A stretch of 63,469 nt of DNA, counting the filler. It is 7 parts of 7 records of this genome, joined end to end, with 100 filler letters (N's around TTAATTAATTAA, not from the genome) between each part and the next. Parts side by side here need not be neighbours in the genome. Positions count along the whole stretch, not along the records: positions 48,452 to 54,554 come from SRR31156797_56793; positions 54,655 to 63,469 come from SRR31156797_56795; 5 more parts are not named here. One strand, written 5' to 3'. The translations under genes and the position numbers were made by a program. How positions within the stretch are numbered: the stretch's first letter is position 1; each line of letters begins with the position of its first letter. Of the stretch, positions 51,477 through 59,691 are shown one piece after another. The notes below the pieces were generated by a model. The model was not told the DNA's origin, did no database searches, and worked only from the letters and a program-made list of their open reading frames with translations.

Positions 51477-52031
51477 ATGGCAAACAGAGTATGTCCGCCA
51501 TGGGTGGGATATCTGCTTCTTAACCCTCTTAGAAAACTGATGGAAAACCCCCGGCGCATATTCGCGGGCTGGGTAGGAGAAGGCGTGCGGGTTTTGGAAC
51601 CCGGGTGCGGCTCCGGTTATTTTACCTTGCCTTTGGCGGAAATGATCGGCCCGTCAGGCCGGGTGTATGCTTTGGACGTGCAGGATAAAATGCTGGATAT
51701 AGTCCGAAGCAGATCGGATAAGGCCGGCTTGTCCGACAGGATTGACCTGAGGCTGACCGGTGAGACAAGTTTGAACATAGATGACCTGGCCGGAACAATA
51801 GATTTTGCCGCGGCCATGCACATGGTGCATGAAGTTCCGGACCAGGAAGCTTTTTTTCGGGAGATATACGCCGCCCTAAAAAGCGGCGGCGGGTTATTGA
51901 TGGTCGAACCCAAGGGGCATACGAAGAAAGGCCTGTTTCGCGAGTTTTTAAACCTGGCGGACCGGGAAGGTTTTTATACGGAATCGCTTAATGAGAATAT
52001 GTTTTCCCGCCAGGCTTTATTGAGAAAATGA
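51477..52031 (+). CDS. Class I SAM-dependent methyltransferase
   Basis: VLEPGCGSG, ALDVQ, MVHEVPD. Confidence 0.88.
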   Translation: MANRVCPPWVGYLLLNPLRKLMENPRRIFAGWVGEGVRVLEPGCGSGYFTLPLAEMIGPSGRVYALDVQDKMLDIVRSRSDKAGLSDRIDLRLTGETSLNIDDLAGTIDFAAAMHMVHEVPDQEAFFREIYAALKSGGGLLMVEPKGHTKKGLFREFLNLADREGFYTESLNENMFSRQALLRK

Positions 52032-52102
52032 ATTTTTAAATTGTTGGGCTGCCCTTCACTGACCCGACCTGCTGAAAATGAGGGGAAATCAGCTTGACGA
52101 TT

Positions 52103-52130
52103 GTAGAGGCGCCCTCCCTGTGGGCGCCCT
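52103..52130 (+). repeat. GTAG-type REP-like palindrome between convergent genes
   Basis: GTAG-A-GGCGCCC-TCCCTGT-GGGCGCC. Confidence 0.5.
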
Positions 52131-52190
52131 TGTTCCAGTTTCTTGTCGCCGCCGCTTTTCTAACGAAACGATTGCCGACAATCTTATTTG

Positions 52191-53462
52191 TCACTCAATC
52201 GGAGCCGGCATTTCGCCTTCTTCGAGTGCGGCTGCATCTTCACGGGCTTTCCAGGGCGCGAATTTAAAAAGCAGCAGCATGCCGGGCACGGCGATAAGCG
52301 TACAGAAGATGAAGAACCAGAACCATCCCAGGTTTTTGGCGAAATAGCCGGTTGGGGCGGCCGCCATAACCCTGGGAACTCCCATAAGGCTGCTTAGCAA
52401 TGCATATTGAGTTGCGGTGAAACGCTTATTGGTCAGACTGGCCATGAAGGCCACGTAAGCGCTGGTGCCCATGCCCGCACTCAGGTTTTCAAAAGCAATA
52501 ACCCCGGCCAAGGCCGTGACGCTTGCCCCAATTTGGCTTAAAAGGGCGAAACCGGCCGTGGATACGGCCTGGAGCACTCCGAAGATCCATAAGGACCGGT
52601 TGATTCCCATCCGAATCATTATGGCCCCGCCGAGAAATGCTCCAATGATGGTCGCCCAAAATCCGAAAAGCTTCACCACTGCGCCTATTTCCGTTTTTGT
52701 GAAGCCAATGTCCAGGTAAAAGGGCGTGGTCATGGCGCTGGCCATCTGGTCGCCGATTTTATAGAGCAATATGAACAGGAGAATAAGGATGGCGTCCTTA
52801 CGGGTAAAATAGTCCAGAAACGGGTCTATAACAGCCTCTTTCAGGCTCCGGGGAGTTCCCATGGGCGCGTCCGGTTCCGGCGTCAGAATCGTGGTTGCTA
52901 TGCCGACCAGCATGCAGGCCGACATAATCATGTAAACCGTATTAAAGGAAACATGATCGGCCATTATCAGACCGCCGCCGGATGCCAATAGCATGCCCAC
53001 CCTGTAGCCATTGACGTATAAGGAAGAACCCAGCCCCAGTTCTTCATCCGCCAGGTCTTCCCGTCGGTATGCGTCTACAACTATATCCTGGCTGGCGCTG
53101 AAGAATGTAACCAGCAGTGCGACAAAGGCGACCATCCATGGATCTTTGTCCGGTTGGGTCATGCCCAGGCCGAAGATGGCTGCCGCCAGGCAAACCTGAG
53201 CGATAAGGAGCCATCCTTTTCTTCTGCCCATAAAGGGGAGCGTGAAGCGATCAAACAGGGGAGACCATAAAAATTTAAGGGTATAGGGCAGGCCGACCAG
53301 GGCCATGAGCCCTATTACCTCCAGGTCGACCCCTTCATCCTTCATCCAGGCTTGCAGAACGGTAATAGTCAATAGGAGCGGAAGTCCGCAACTAAAGCCC
53401 ATCAATGCGGAAACAAGCATTCGGCGGCTGAAAATGACTTTCAATACATTCGGCATGGTCAA
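52191..53462 (-). CDS. ampG: AmpG muropeptide permease (MFS)
   Basis: GFSCGLPLLL, LKFLWSP, GRRKGW, SASQDIVVDAYR, FTATQYALLSS. Confidence 0.92.
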   Translation of the reverse strand: MTMPNVLKVIFSRRMLVSALMGFSCGLPLLLTITVLQAWMKDEGVDLEVIGLMALVGLPYTLKFLWSPLFDRFTLPFMGRRKGWLLIAQVCLAAAIFGLGMTQPDKDPWMVAFVALLVTFFSASQDIVVDAYRREDLADEELGLGSSLYVNGYRVGMLLASGGGLIMADHVSFNTVYMIMSACMLVGIATTILTPEPDAPMGTPRSLKEAVIDPFLDYFTRKDAILILLFILLYKIGDQMASAMTTPFYLDIGFTKTEIGAVVKLFGFWATIIGAFLGGAIMIRMGINRSLWIFGVLQAVSTAGFALLSQIGASVTALAGVIAFENLSAGMGTSAYVAFMASLTNKRFTATQYALLSSLMGVPRVMAAAPTGYFAKNLGWFWFFIFCTLIAVPGMLLLFKFAPWKAREDAAALEEGEMPAPIE

Positions 53463-53714
53463 ATTACCGTCCTTTTAAAATTCGATTAATTAAAAAATAA
53501 GACATTACCGGCTGATAATGCTTCCAAAATGCACAATAACAGACTGGGACGCGACTATCAAATTCTTTCCTCGCGGACGCCTGACAAGAATCGTTTTGTA
53601 TGTGACCTTTTTCAGAAATAGTGGGTATATTGTATATAAAGCCATGAATCTTCTTGACGCTGAACTTGCCGATGCAGGGAATTATTAGAAAAACATTAAT
53701 CCAGGAGGTGCATT

Positions 53715-54038
53715 TTGTCGGAGGAGCAAAGAACGCAAAAGCGATTTGATGTCGCCGCACCTGCCGTGGTTGAGGCGCCTGATGACGGCGGCGCCGGGGG
53801 AAGTAAATATTTAAACCTTTTTACTAAGGACGTGAGCGCAGGCGGAGCCTTTTTATATACGGACAGCCCGTTGCCCGAAGGAACGGAATTAATAATTGAC
53901 CTTGTTCTGCTGACCGATGAAATAAAGAAAATACAAGGCGACCAAGTTCTGATCAAATTTAAGGGTTCCGTGGTCCGGAGCGAATCCGAGGGAATGGCCG
54001 TCTGCTTTACCAAAAGATACAATATTCTTCCGATTTAA
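53715..54038 (+). CDS. PilZ domain protein
   Basis: AGGAGG RBS; RTQKR (RxxxR) and DVSAGG (D/NxSxxG). Confidence 0.85.
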   Translation: MSEEQRTQKRFDVAAPAVVEAPDDGGAGGSKYLNLFTKDVSAGGAFLYTDSPLPEGTELIIDLVLLTDEIKKIQGDQVLIKFKGSVVRSESEGMAVCFTKRYNILPI

Positions 54039-54132
54039 ATTTTTCAGGAATAACAGCGCCTTGCTTTCAAACATTCAAATAGTCTTCTTTTGGGCGCCAG
54101 TTCTTCAGAAGCCTCATATTGCCAAACAAATA

Positions 54133-54158
54133 GGGCGGCCCTTAGCCGGAAGCCGCCC
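54133..54158. terminator. GC-rich hairpin between convergent genes
   Basis: GGGCGGC-N12-GCCGCCC. Confidence 0.4.
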
Positions 54159-54182
54159 CACCATGAAAGAAATATTCCCTAA

Positions 54183-54554
54183 TCAGATTTTATAATTCAT
54201 AACCAGGGTTTTCAGTTCCTTTTCGAACATGATTTCGATTTTGCCGGGGCCAAGAATTTTGTTTACAAAACCAAGACCGAATTTAGAGTGATTCACCGCT
54301 TCGCCCTGGGAGTAAGTTTCCGACAGTACATAGGGCCGGATCTCCGCTTCAGGGGCCATGGCTTCCTTCAGGTCGACCCATTGCTGAAAAGCCTTGGAAT
54401 CATCGGTCCGCACCCTTTTTTTATCTTTTGTTATTCTCCTGGCCCGGGCTGACGACGTCTTTTTTTGACCCGGAGGCGGCCTAAAGTTGTGCTGACCATC
54501 GCAAGTCAGACAAATAACACGTTTAACTACTCCATCCATCATGGCCACAACCCT
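54183..54554 (-). CDS. Hypothetical protein with a Zn-finger-like N-terminus and SH3-like tail (5' partial)
   Basis: RVICLTCDGQH; HSKFGLGFV...KIEIMF. Confidence 0.65.
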   Translation of the reverse strand, partial: RVVAMMDGVVKRVICLTCDGQHNFRPPPGQKKTSSARARRITKDKKRVRTDDSKAFQQWVDLKEAMAPEAEIRPYVLSETYSQGEAVNHSKFGLGFVNKILGPGKIEIMFEKELKTLVMNYKI

Positions 54555-54654
54555 NNNNNNNNNNNNNNNNNNNNNNNNNNNNNNNNNNNNNNNNNNNNTT
54601 AATTAATTAANNNNNNNNNNNNNNNNNNNNNNNNNNNNNNNNNNNNNNNNNNNN
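54555..54654. other. Artificial contig spacer
   Basis: N44-TTAATTAATTAA-N44. Confidence 0.98.
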
Positions 54655-54682
54655 GGATCATCCCCACGGGTGTGGGGAAAAG
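54655..54682 (-). CRISPR. First (leader-proximal) type I-E CRISPR repeat; the rest of the array is cut off by the contig edge
   Basis: The minus strand reads CTTTTCCCCACACCCGTGGGGATGATCC, with hairpin TCCCCAC/GTGGGGA. It matches the I-E repeat pattern and lies downstream of the cas operon. Only one copy is visible. Confidence 0.85.
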
Positions 54683-54721
54683 GCCAAGGTTTTGATGCCT
54701 TGGTCTTTGTATACGCTGTAT

Positions 54722-54749
54722 ATTGTAGTTGTTCAGATTTAATTGTCAA
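54722..54749 (-). promoter_or_regulatory. Sigma70-type CRISPR leader promoter
   Basis: Minus strand TTGACA (54749-54744), 16 nt, TACAAT (54727-54722), pointing at the repeat. Confidence 0.65.
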
Positions 54750-55545
54750 AGAGCGATTGAAAAATGTTCCATGGGCTCGGCTGCGCCGCTCGAGGGTGTT
54801 TCCTGAAATGAGGCCAGGAACGCATGGATTCATTGTAGAGACGAATGAGGATGGTTTCCAGGCTTAATACGTCCATACAGTTGTAGGCTACCAGTTTTCC
54901 GAGAGCGTCTTTGTCGTCATGATCTGAGAAGCGTTGCCAAAGCCGTACGGCTTCCCGTCCGTCGGACCCGGCCAGAGATCCTCGGTCAATTCCCATTTTT
55001 TTTTCACATGCCTTCAGCCCGCCCGAATATCCGTATGCCCGGGTGACGCCGAGGAGGTCAATGTGCGGATGCGCCAGATCGAGCCCGAATCGTTTCCTCA
55101 AGATGGGCAAGTCGAATCGGGCGCCGTTGAAGGTCACGAGAATTTTTGCATCCGCGAGGGTTTCGGGGAAGCGGTGTAGGTTTATGCTTTTCACGAAAAC
55201 GTTAAGATACGAGCCGTCATAAACCGCAATGGAGGTGATCTCTGAATCGGGTGAGCATCCCGTGGTTTCGATGTCCATATAGCGAATACTGTCCCGGAAG
55301 TGCGGATAGACCCTCGGTTTATCCCCATTGGCCAGTCTGTTGAGAAACCAGTCGATCAGTCCGGCCTTTAGGGCGATTTCGCCCTCCTCAATTTGTTTCA
55401 GGACCGATTCGGTTTTTTTCCGGGAAAACCGGACTTGTTCCCTCAGGATTTGAAACTCTTTCCATGAAAAAAATCCCCGCTGCCAGAGCGCCATTTCGGA
55501 TTGAGGTGAAAGACCCTTGAAAATAGAAAAGGTGGCGGTCAGCAT
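54739..55545 (-). CDS. RNase H-like 3'-5' exonuclease (YprB/RNase_H_2-like, DEDDy)
   Basis: ExoI YMDIETTG, ExoII TFNGARFD, ExoIII YNCMD, plus GGLKACE and GREAVRLW. Confidence 0.88.
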   Translation of the reverse strand: MLTATFSIFKGLSPQSEMALWQRGFFSWKEFQILREQVRFSRKKTESVLKQIEEGEIALKAGLIDWFLNRLANGDKPRVYPHFRDSIRYMDIETTGCSPDSEITSIAVYDGSYLNVFVKSINLHRFPETLADAKILVTFNGARFDLPILRKRFGLDLAHPHIDLLGVTRAYGYSGGLKACEKKMGIDRGSLAGSDGREAVRLWQRFSDHDDKDALGKLVAYNCMDVLSLETILIRLYNESMRSWPHFRKHPRAAQPSPWNIFQSLFDN

Positions 55546-55833
55546 CTACGCCTCTTCATCCCATTTTTCGGCAACCAGAAAATGTCCGCACACCTGGACC
55601 GGTTTGCGCGGCGTATCTCCGTAATGAACAATGGAGAATCCCTGGGAATTGTTTTCCGAGGCCATGACCAGAAGCCCCAGGCCGGGAGCGTTCCTGCGGA
55701 TGTACGCCAGGGTTTTCTCCCGGGTTCTTCTGTTCACGGTTCCCACGAACACGTTGGGCTTCGGTTCGATGAACCAGCGCTTCAGCATGCCCCGAATGGC
55801 GGGCGGCGTATCATTGGCGACAATGACGGTCAT
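55546..55833 (-). CDS. cas2: Type I-E Cas2
   Basis: PPAIRGMLKRWFIEPKPNVFVG, NNSQGF; AGGAG RBS; follows cas1. Confidence 0.92.
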   Translation of the reverse strand: MTVIVANDTPPAIRGMLKRWFIEPKPNVFVGTVNRRTREKTLAYIRRNAPGLGLLVMASENNSQGFSIVHYGDTPRKPVQVCGHFLVAEKWDEEA

Positions 55834-55846
55834 GATGCTCCTTTTT

Positions 55847-56689
55847 TTAATCGAATTTAAGCAGTTTTTCGATGTCCACGGGTATCCGTTTGAGAAGGCG
55901 CCGTTCCTCGATTTTGAACTTCAGGGCCGTAAGAACGGCCTTTTCGTCGGCATCGGGATGGGCGCCAAGGGTTTGAAATGCCGCTTCCAGGGTTACTTCC
56001 GGTTTGTAAATGTCGGCCAAGTCATACACAAAGGAGAGATGCCCCGTGGAATGGATAAATCCCAGTTGGGGGAGATACCCCATGGAACAGACAATGGCCG
56101 TGGTCAGGGCGTAAAGGGATGCGTTGGCCGCGGAAATGGCCTTGTTGATGGTATCCGCGATGTCCCAGTTGCCCGAATCGTAATTTCGCCCTTTCCAGGA
56201 AACCCCGTATTTGCGGCCCAGTTCCCCATACAGCGCTTTGATGCGCATCCCCTCTTTGCCGCGCAGATTGTTGATGGTTTCCTTTTCAACCTCCACTTCA
56301 TTGCCGAAGCGCATTCGAAACATGCGCCTTGCCACCGCTGTTCGTTTTTTTCCGGAAGCATGGACCGAAGCGTGGTGAAGTGCTCTTTTTGTATCGTGGG
56401 TGGGGGTTACGCCAAAGGCATAGAAACGCATCCCCTGCTCCCCCACCCAGCAGACGGGCGTGTTGCAATCGGCGCAGGCTTTCATGGCCGCGTGCGTCAC
56501 CGTGGTTCCGGGACCCAGCATGATGGCGCTGACCGTGGCCGCCGGAATGCGCAGGATCGTCCGGTCCGCCCCGATCCATTTGATGCTGGAATCATCCACC
56601 TCCATTCGGCCATGTTCAAGGTAGATGGGGGTCCAGCGTTCTCTGGCTGGCGTCAGGGTTTCCCTGGGTGGTTTTTCAAAAATCGGCAT
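55847..56689 (-). CDS. cas1: Type I-E Cas1
   Basis: MLGPGTTVTHAA, WVGEQGMRFYA, LRGKEG, LGFIH, SFVYDLADIYK. Confidence 0.95.
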   Translation of the reverse strand: MPIFEKPPRETLTPARERWTPIYLEHGRMEVDDSSIKWIGADRTILRIPAATVSAIMLGPGTTVTHAAMKACADCNTPVCWVGEQGMRFYAFGVTPTHDTKRALHHASVHASGKKRTAVARRMFRMRFGNEVEVEKETINNLRGKEGMRIKALYGELGRKYGVSWKGRNYDSGNWDIADTINKAISAANASLYALTTAIVCSMGYLPQLGFIHSTGHLSFVYDLADIYKPEVTLEAAFQTLGAHPDADEKAVLTALKFKIEERRLLKRIPVDIEKLLKFD

Positions 56690-56698
56690 GTGAGATCC

Positions 56699-57388
56699 TC
56701 AAAGCGAAAAATCGTCCCGAATTCGCCGGGGGGCAAAGGTCCGTTTTTTGAAATCCACCGGAATATCCATGAGGGTGTCATTGCCGTTTCTGAATTCCCG
56801 CACCTCCCGGACTGTGCGCTCCACCTTCCACCCGGAAAGTTCCTCCAGGCGGGTTATGGCCGCTGTTTCATCACGAAAGAACCCCTGGCAGACCGGGGAG
56901 GCGGGGAGGCAGGACTTCCGGCCCAGAAAGATCCCCCATTTGGGGTTTTCCAGGGCGGATTCCATTTCTTTGAGAAATTCGGAAGGCCCGGAGAGGAGAA
57001 CGCCGAACTTTGCATCCTGAAGGTATTCGCGTCGGCTGACCACCGTGGCGGGCGTGCCGCCGCTCGCTTTTCGGGGCATGTATTGCCGCTCGGTTTTGTT
57101 ATGGTATCCTCCGCCCACCGTATGAAAATCAATGAGCCGGGAACCGGGATTACCTCTGCCATCCACCGGCCCCAGAATGAGTGTCGTCATGCCGACGGCA
57201 TGGAACCTGGAAAGGCCGTCCCTGTCACCCCGGGCAATCCCCATGGCGGCGGCCAGCATGCCTATGACGCCGCTCCGGGTGGGCCAGGAAAGGGTGGTGC
57301 GCCGGTCGAAACGGCTCTGGTATCCCCAGGATTGCAGGGGCGCGTCCAGATAGAGCGCCAGTATGCTGTCTGGTTTCATGATCGCCAT
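56699..57388 (-). CDS. cas5: Cas5e (CasD)
   Basis: APLQSWG, PTRSGVIGMLAAAMG, REYLQDA, FLGRKSC. Confidence 0.93.
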   Translation of the reverse strand: MAIMKPDSILALYLDAPLQSWGYQSRFDRRTTLSWPTRSGVIGMLAAAMGIARGDRDGLSRFHAVGMTTLILGPVDGRGNPGSRLIDFHTVGGGYHNKTERQYMPRKASGGTPATVVSRREYLQDAKFGVLLSGPSEFLKEMESALENPKWGIFLGRKSCLPASPVCQGFFRDETAAITRLEELSGWKVERTVREVREFRNGNDTLMDIPVDFKKRTFAPRRIRDDFSL

Positions 57389-57391
57389 CCT

Positions 57392-58507
57392 TTATGACAG
57401 TTGCCCGATGAACCCGTCGATGTTCACCGGCGGCATCATCACTTCCGTTGTTACGCCGTCCGACAGACAGAACCGTTCCTTAAGGGTTTCCCAATGGGAT
57501 GTCAGTTCCTTTCCGGACTGCTCCAGATAGCCGTTGGTGCTGCGCACCGGTTTTTCAAACGCGTTCACCAGGGAAAGGGGTTGACCCGACCGTTTGAGCC
57601 CCAGTGCGAATTCCGGCGGGTTCCATCCGAACATGGAGTTTTTTCTGGCGGCGGGTACGGCCAGGATGGCGGATTTCAGGAAGTTCTCCACCACCGTCCT
57701 TTTTTCAGTCTCGTCGAAATGGACGAGATGGTCCGTATCAAAGAGAAGATCCAGATTGAGCCCCACATATCGATAATAGCACGCTGAGTTGAATTCCAGG
57801 GTGCCGATGTGTCCCGCTCCCTTGTCCGCATCCTTATCTTTCTCGTCATCCACCGCGGAGAAGAAATCCACCTCGTTATCCATGGCGTGGGTGGAAAGGG
57901 CATGACTGAAAAGCCCCGCCCCTTCCACCATGAGGGAATGGTCGTCGGCCACCATCCTTCCGAAGATGGCGATGTCGGCCTTGTCCTTCACCGCGCTTTT
58001 GAGACCTTTGACCGCCTTGGCAGCCAGCTTGGCCAATTCCTTTTCCGCCTTTTCCAATGCTTTTTTCTCTTTTTTTTCTTCCGGATTGAGTCTTTCAAAT
58101 TCTTGAAGTATTTCTTCCGGCTCCAGTGCCAGGAGGTTTGCCGCCATGCTCTCCATCTCCATGGGAGAGAAGTAGATCAGGGTTTTTACATCCCCCTTGC
58201 CGGACGTGTCCAGTTTGCCCAGGGAATCGGCTAAGGCGGAAGCGAGTATTCTGCTGTTCGACCCGTTCTGGTCCATTTCCAGGAATTTTTTTTCCAGTGA
58301 ATCCAAAATGAAGCGGGTCCGTTTCCCTGCAAAGAGGCTTCCGTCATATTCCTTGACAAGGCTGCGGATGGCCCGTTTCCAGCTCTGGCTGGAGATTCTG
58401 GCCCGCTGGCATCCGCCGAACCGGGCTGACTTGGGCGCTCCCACATCATCACGGTTGAGGCAGGTTACCGGAAAGGATTGCAAAAGATGAAGTTCGATAA
58501 GGTCCAT
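57392..58507 (-). CDS. cas7: Cas7e (CasC/Cse4)
   Basis: CLNRDDVGAPK, RARISSQSWKR, DIAIFGRMVA, DFFSAVDD, SACYYRY. Confidence 0.95.
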   Translation of the reverse strand: MDLIELHLLQSFPVTCLNRDDVGAPKSARFGGCQRARISSQSWKRAIRSLVKEYDGSLFAGKRTRFILDSLEKKFLEMDQNGSNSRILASALADSLGKLDTSGKGDVKTLIYFSPMEMESMAANLLALEPEEILQEFERLNPEEKKEKKALEKAEKELAKLAAKAVKGLKSAVKDKADIAIFGRMVADDHSLMVEGAGLFSHALSTHAMDNEVDFFSAVDDEKDKDADKGAGHIGTLEFNSACYYRYVGLNLDLLFDTDHLVHFDETEKRTVVENFLKSAILAVPAARKNSMFGWNPPEFALGLKRSGQPLSLVNAFEKPVRSTNGYLEQSGKELTSHWETLKERFCLSDGVTTEVMMPPVNIDGFIGQLS

Positions 58508-58536
58508 GATTTTTCCTTTCTCCGTTTTGACGGTAA

Positions 58537-59124
58537 TTATTTAATGGGTTCCAGCATCAGCATGCCGAAACCAAAGGCTTTGGCCGGGCCGATCCCCTTA
58601 TAAAAGGCGTATTCGAAGTTCTCTATTTCTGTTACCTCAAGCATTCCCGTATAGTCGACGCTGATATGTTTCCCCTTTTCTCCGTTGCGATTAAAATATT
58701 CCGCCATGGGCGGTCTTATGGTCAAGCCGTCTCGGGCTACTGCAAAACCGCAGGTTTCACCTTTCCGCTCTATCCAGGCGAGGAGTTCCGCATCGGAATA
58801 GATCCCCACCCGTTTTCCGCTTTCCATGGAACGTTTGGTGGGGTTGGTTTTCACCTGAAATCGATAGCGTCTATGGCTCAAGAACTCAGGAGATATTCTT
58901 TTGGTCCGCCCTTCTCCCCATTCAGGCACGGTAGGGGGGGCGGGAGAAAGCAGCAACAGTCGGGTTTGGGTGCGCATACGATCAATGCGGAACAAAAAAT
59001 CCCGTCTTTGGTCCTCCCGGCCGGGGAAAAGTTTCCAGATGGCCCTATGCCAGGCGTAACTGTCCCATAACTTGTGCCTTGACGCGGTTCGGCTGTCCAC
59101 CCTGAATTGGGAAAGGTAGCTCAC
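58537..59124 (-). CDS. cas6e: Cas6e (CasE/Cse3)
   Basis: GTG start overlapping the cse2 stop (GTGA). Motifs YAWHRAIW, FLFR, NPTK and the G-rich GIGPAKAFGFGML. Confidence 0.93.
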   Translation of the reverse strand: MSYLSQFRVDSRTASRHKLWDSYAWHRAIWKLFPGREDQRRDFLFRIDRMRTQTRLLLLSPAPPTVPEWGEGRTKRISPEFLSHRRYRFQVKTNPTKRSMESGKRVGIYSDAELLAWIERKGETCGFAVARDGLTIRPPMAEYFNRNGEKGKHISVDYTGMLEVTEIENFEYAFYKGIGPAKAFGFGMLMLEPIK

Positions 59125-59675
59125 GACGCATCTCCTTTCTCGGGTCCGGGATTTTCGCCCCAATAGGCCTTGGCCCAATCGATCTTGACCTGACGTTCGG
59201 GATTGTCCCACTGGATAAGATCCCAGTACAGCTTTCGGAAATTGATGGGGATGCCCTTTTGCTTTGCCGCACGAAAGACGCCGGTGAGTTGCCGGCAGAC
59301 CTCTTCGGGCATGCGGCAGGAGAGCAGGCGGCGGAACCGGCTGCCAAAGCTGTTGAGGCCCTCCTGCCCCTGATTCAGGGCGATGTCTCGCAGGGTGGCG
59401 CCCATGTTTCCGGTTTTGTTCTTTCCGCCCAGGAGCGTGGCCATGCCTCCGGCGACGGTCAGCCAGATGACCTTGCTTTTGGGCGTGTCAAAGGCTTTAG
59501 GGTTGATTCTGAGGATATGGGGCCAGGCCCGATACTGAGTGGCTTCGCTGAGTCCGTGCCTGAGGTCTGCCAATATGCCCCGGGCTTTGGGGTTTTGGTT
59601 GTTCCCGTCGCCATCGATCCATTTGTTTATGGCGCTTATGAGACGGTCGATGGGATATATTCCGGTTTCAGCCAT
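59121..59675 (-). CDS. cse2: Cas11e (Cse2/CasB)
   Basis: AAGGAG RBS; LADLRHG, RFRRLL, INFRKLYWDLIQW, WAKAYW. Confidence 0.9.
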   Translation of the reverse strand: MAETGIYPIDRLISAINKWIDGDGNNQNPKARGILADLRHGLSEATQYRAWPHILRINPKAFDTPKSKVIWLTVAGGMATLLGGKNKTGNMGATLRDIALNQGQEGLNSFGSRFRRLLSCRMPEEVCRQLTGVFRAAKQKGIPINFRKLYWDLIQWDNPERQVKIDWAKAYWGENPGPEKGDAS

Positions 59676-59691
59676 TTTGGTCTCCTTATGT

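Noticed and set aside
54739-55545. Cas4, or a DnaQ (DEDDh) domain
   Set aside because: No Cas4 Fe-S cysteine pattern or RecB motif, and ExoIII is YxxxD rather than HxxxxD.
55546-55548. Pyrrolysine decoding of the cas2 TAG
   Set aside because: No pyl genes are visible. An ATG with an RBS-like sequence follows immediately, so coupled re-initiation is the simpler explanation.
55631-57397. 588-aa + strand ORF
   Set aside because: Antisense shadow of cas5, cas1 and cas2, with no recognisable motifs.
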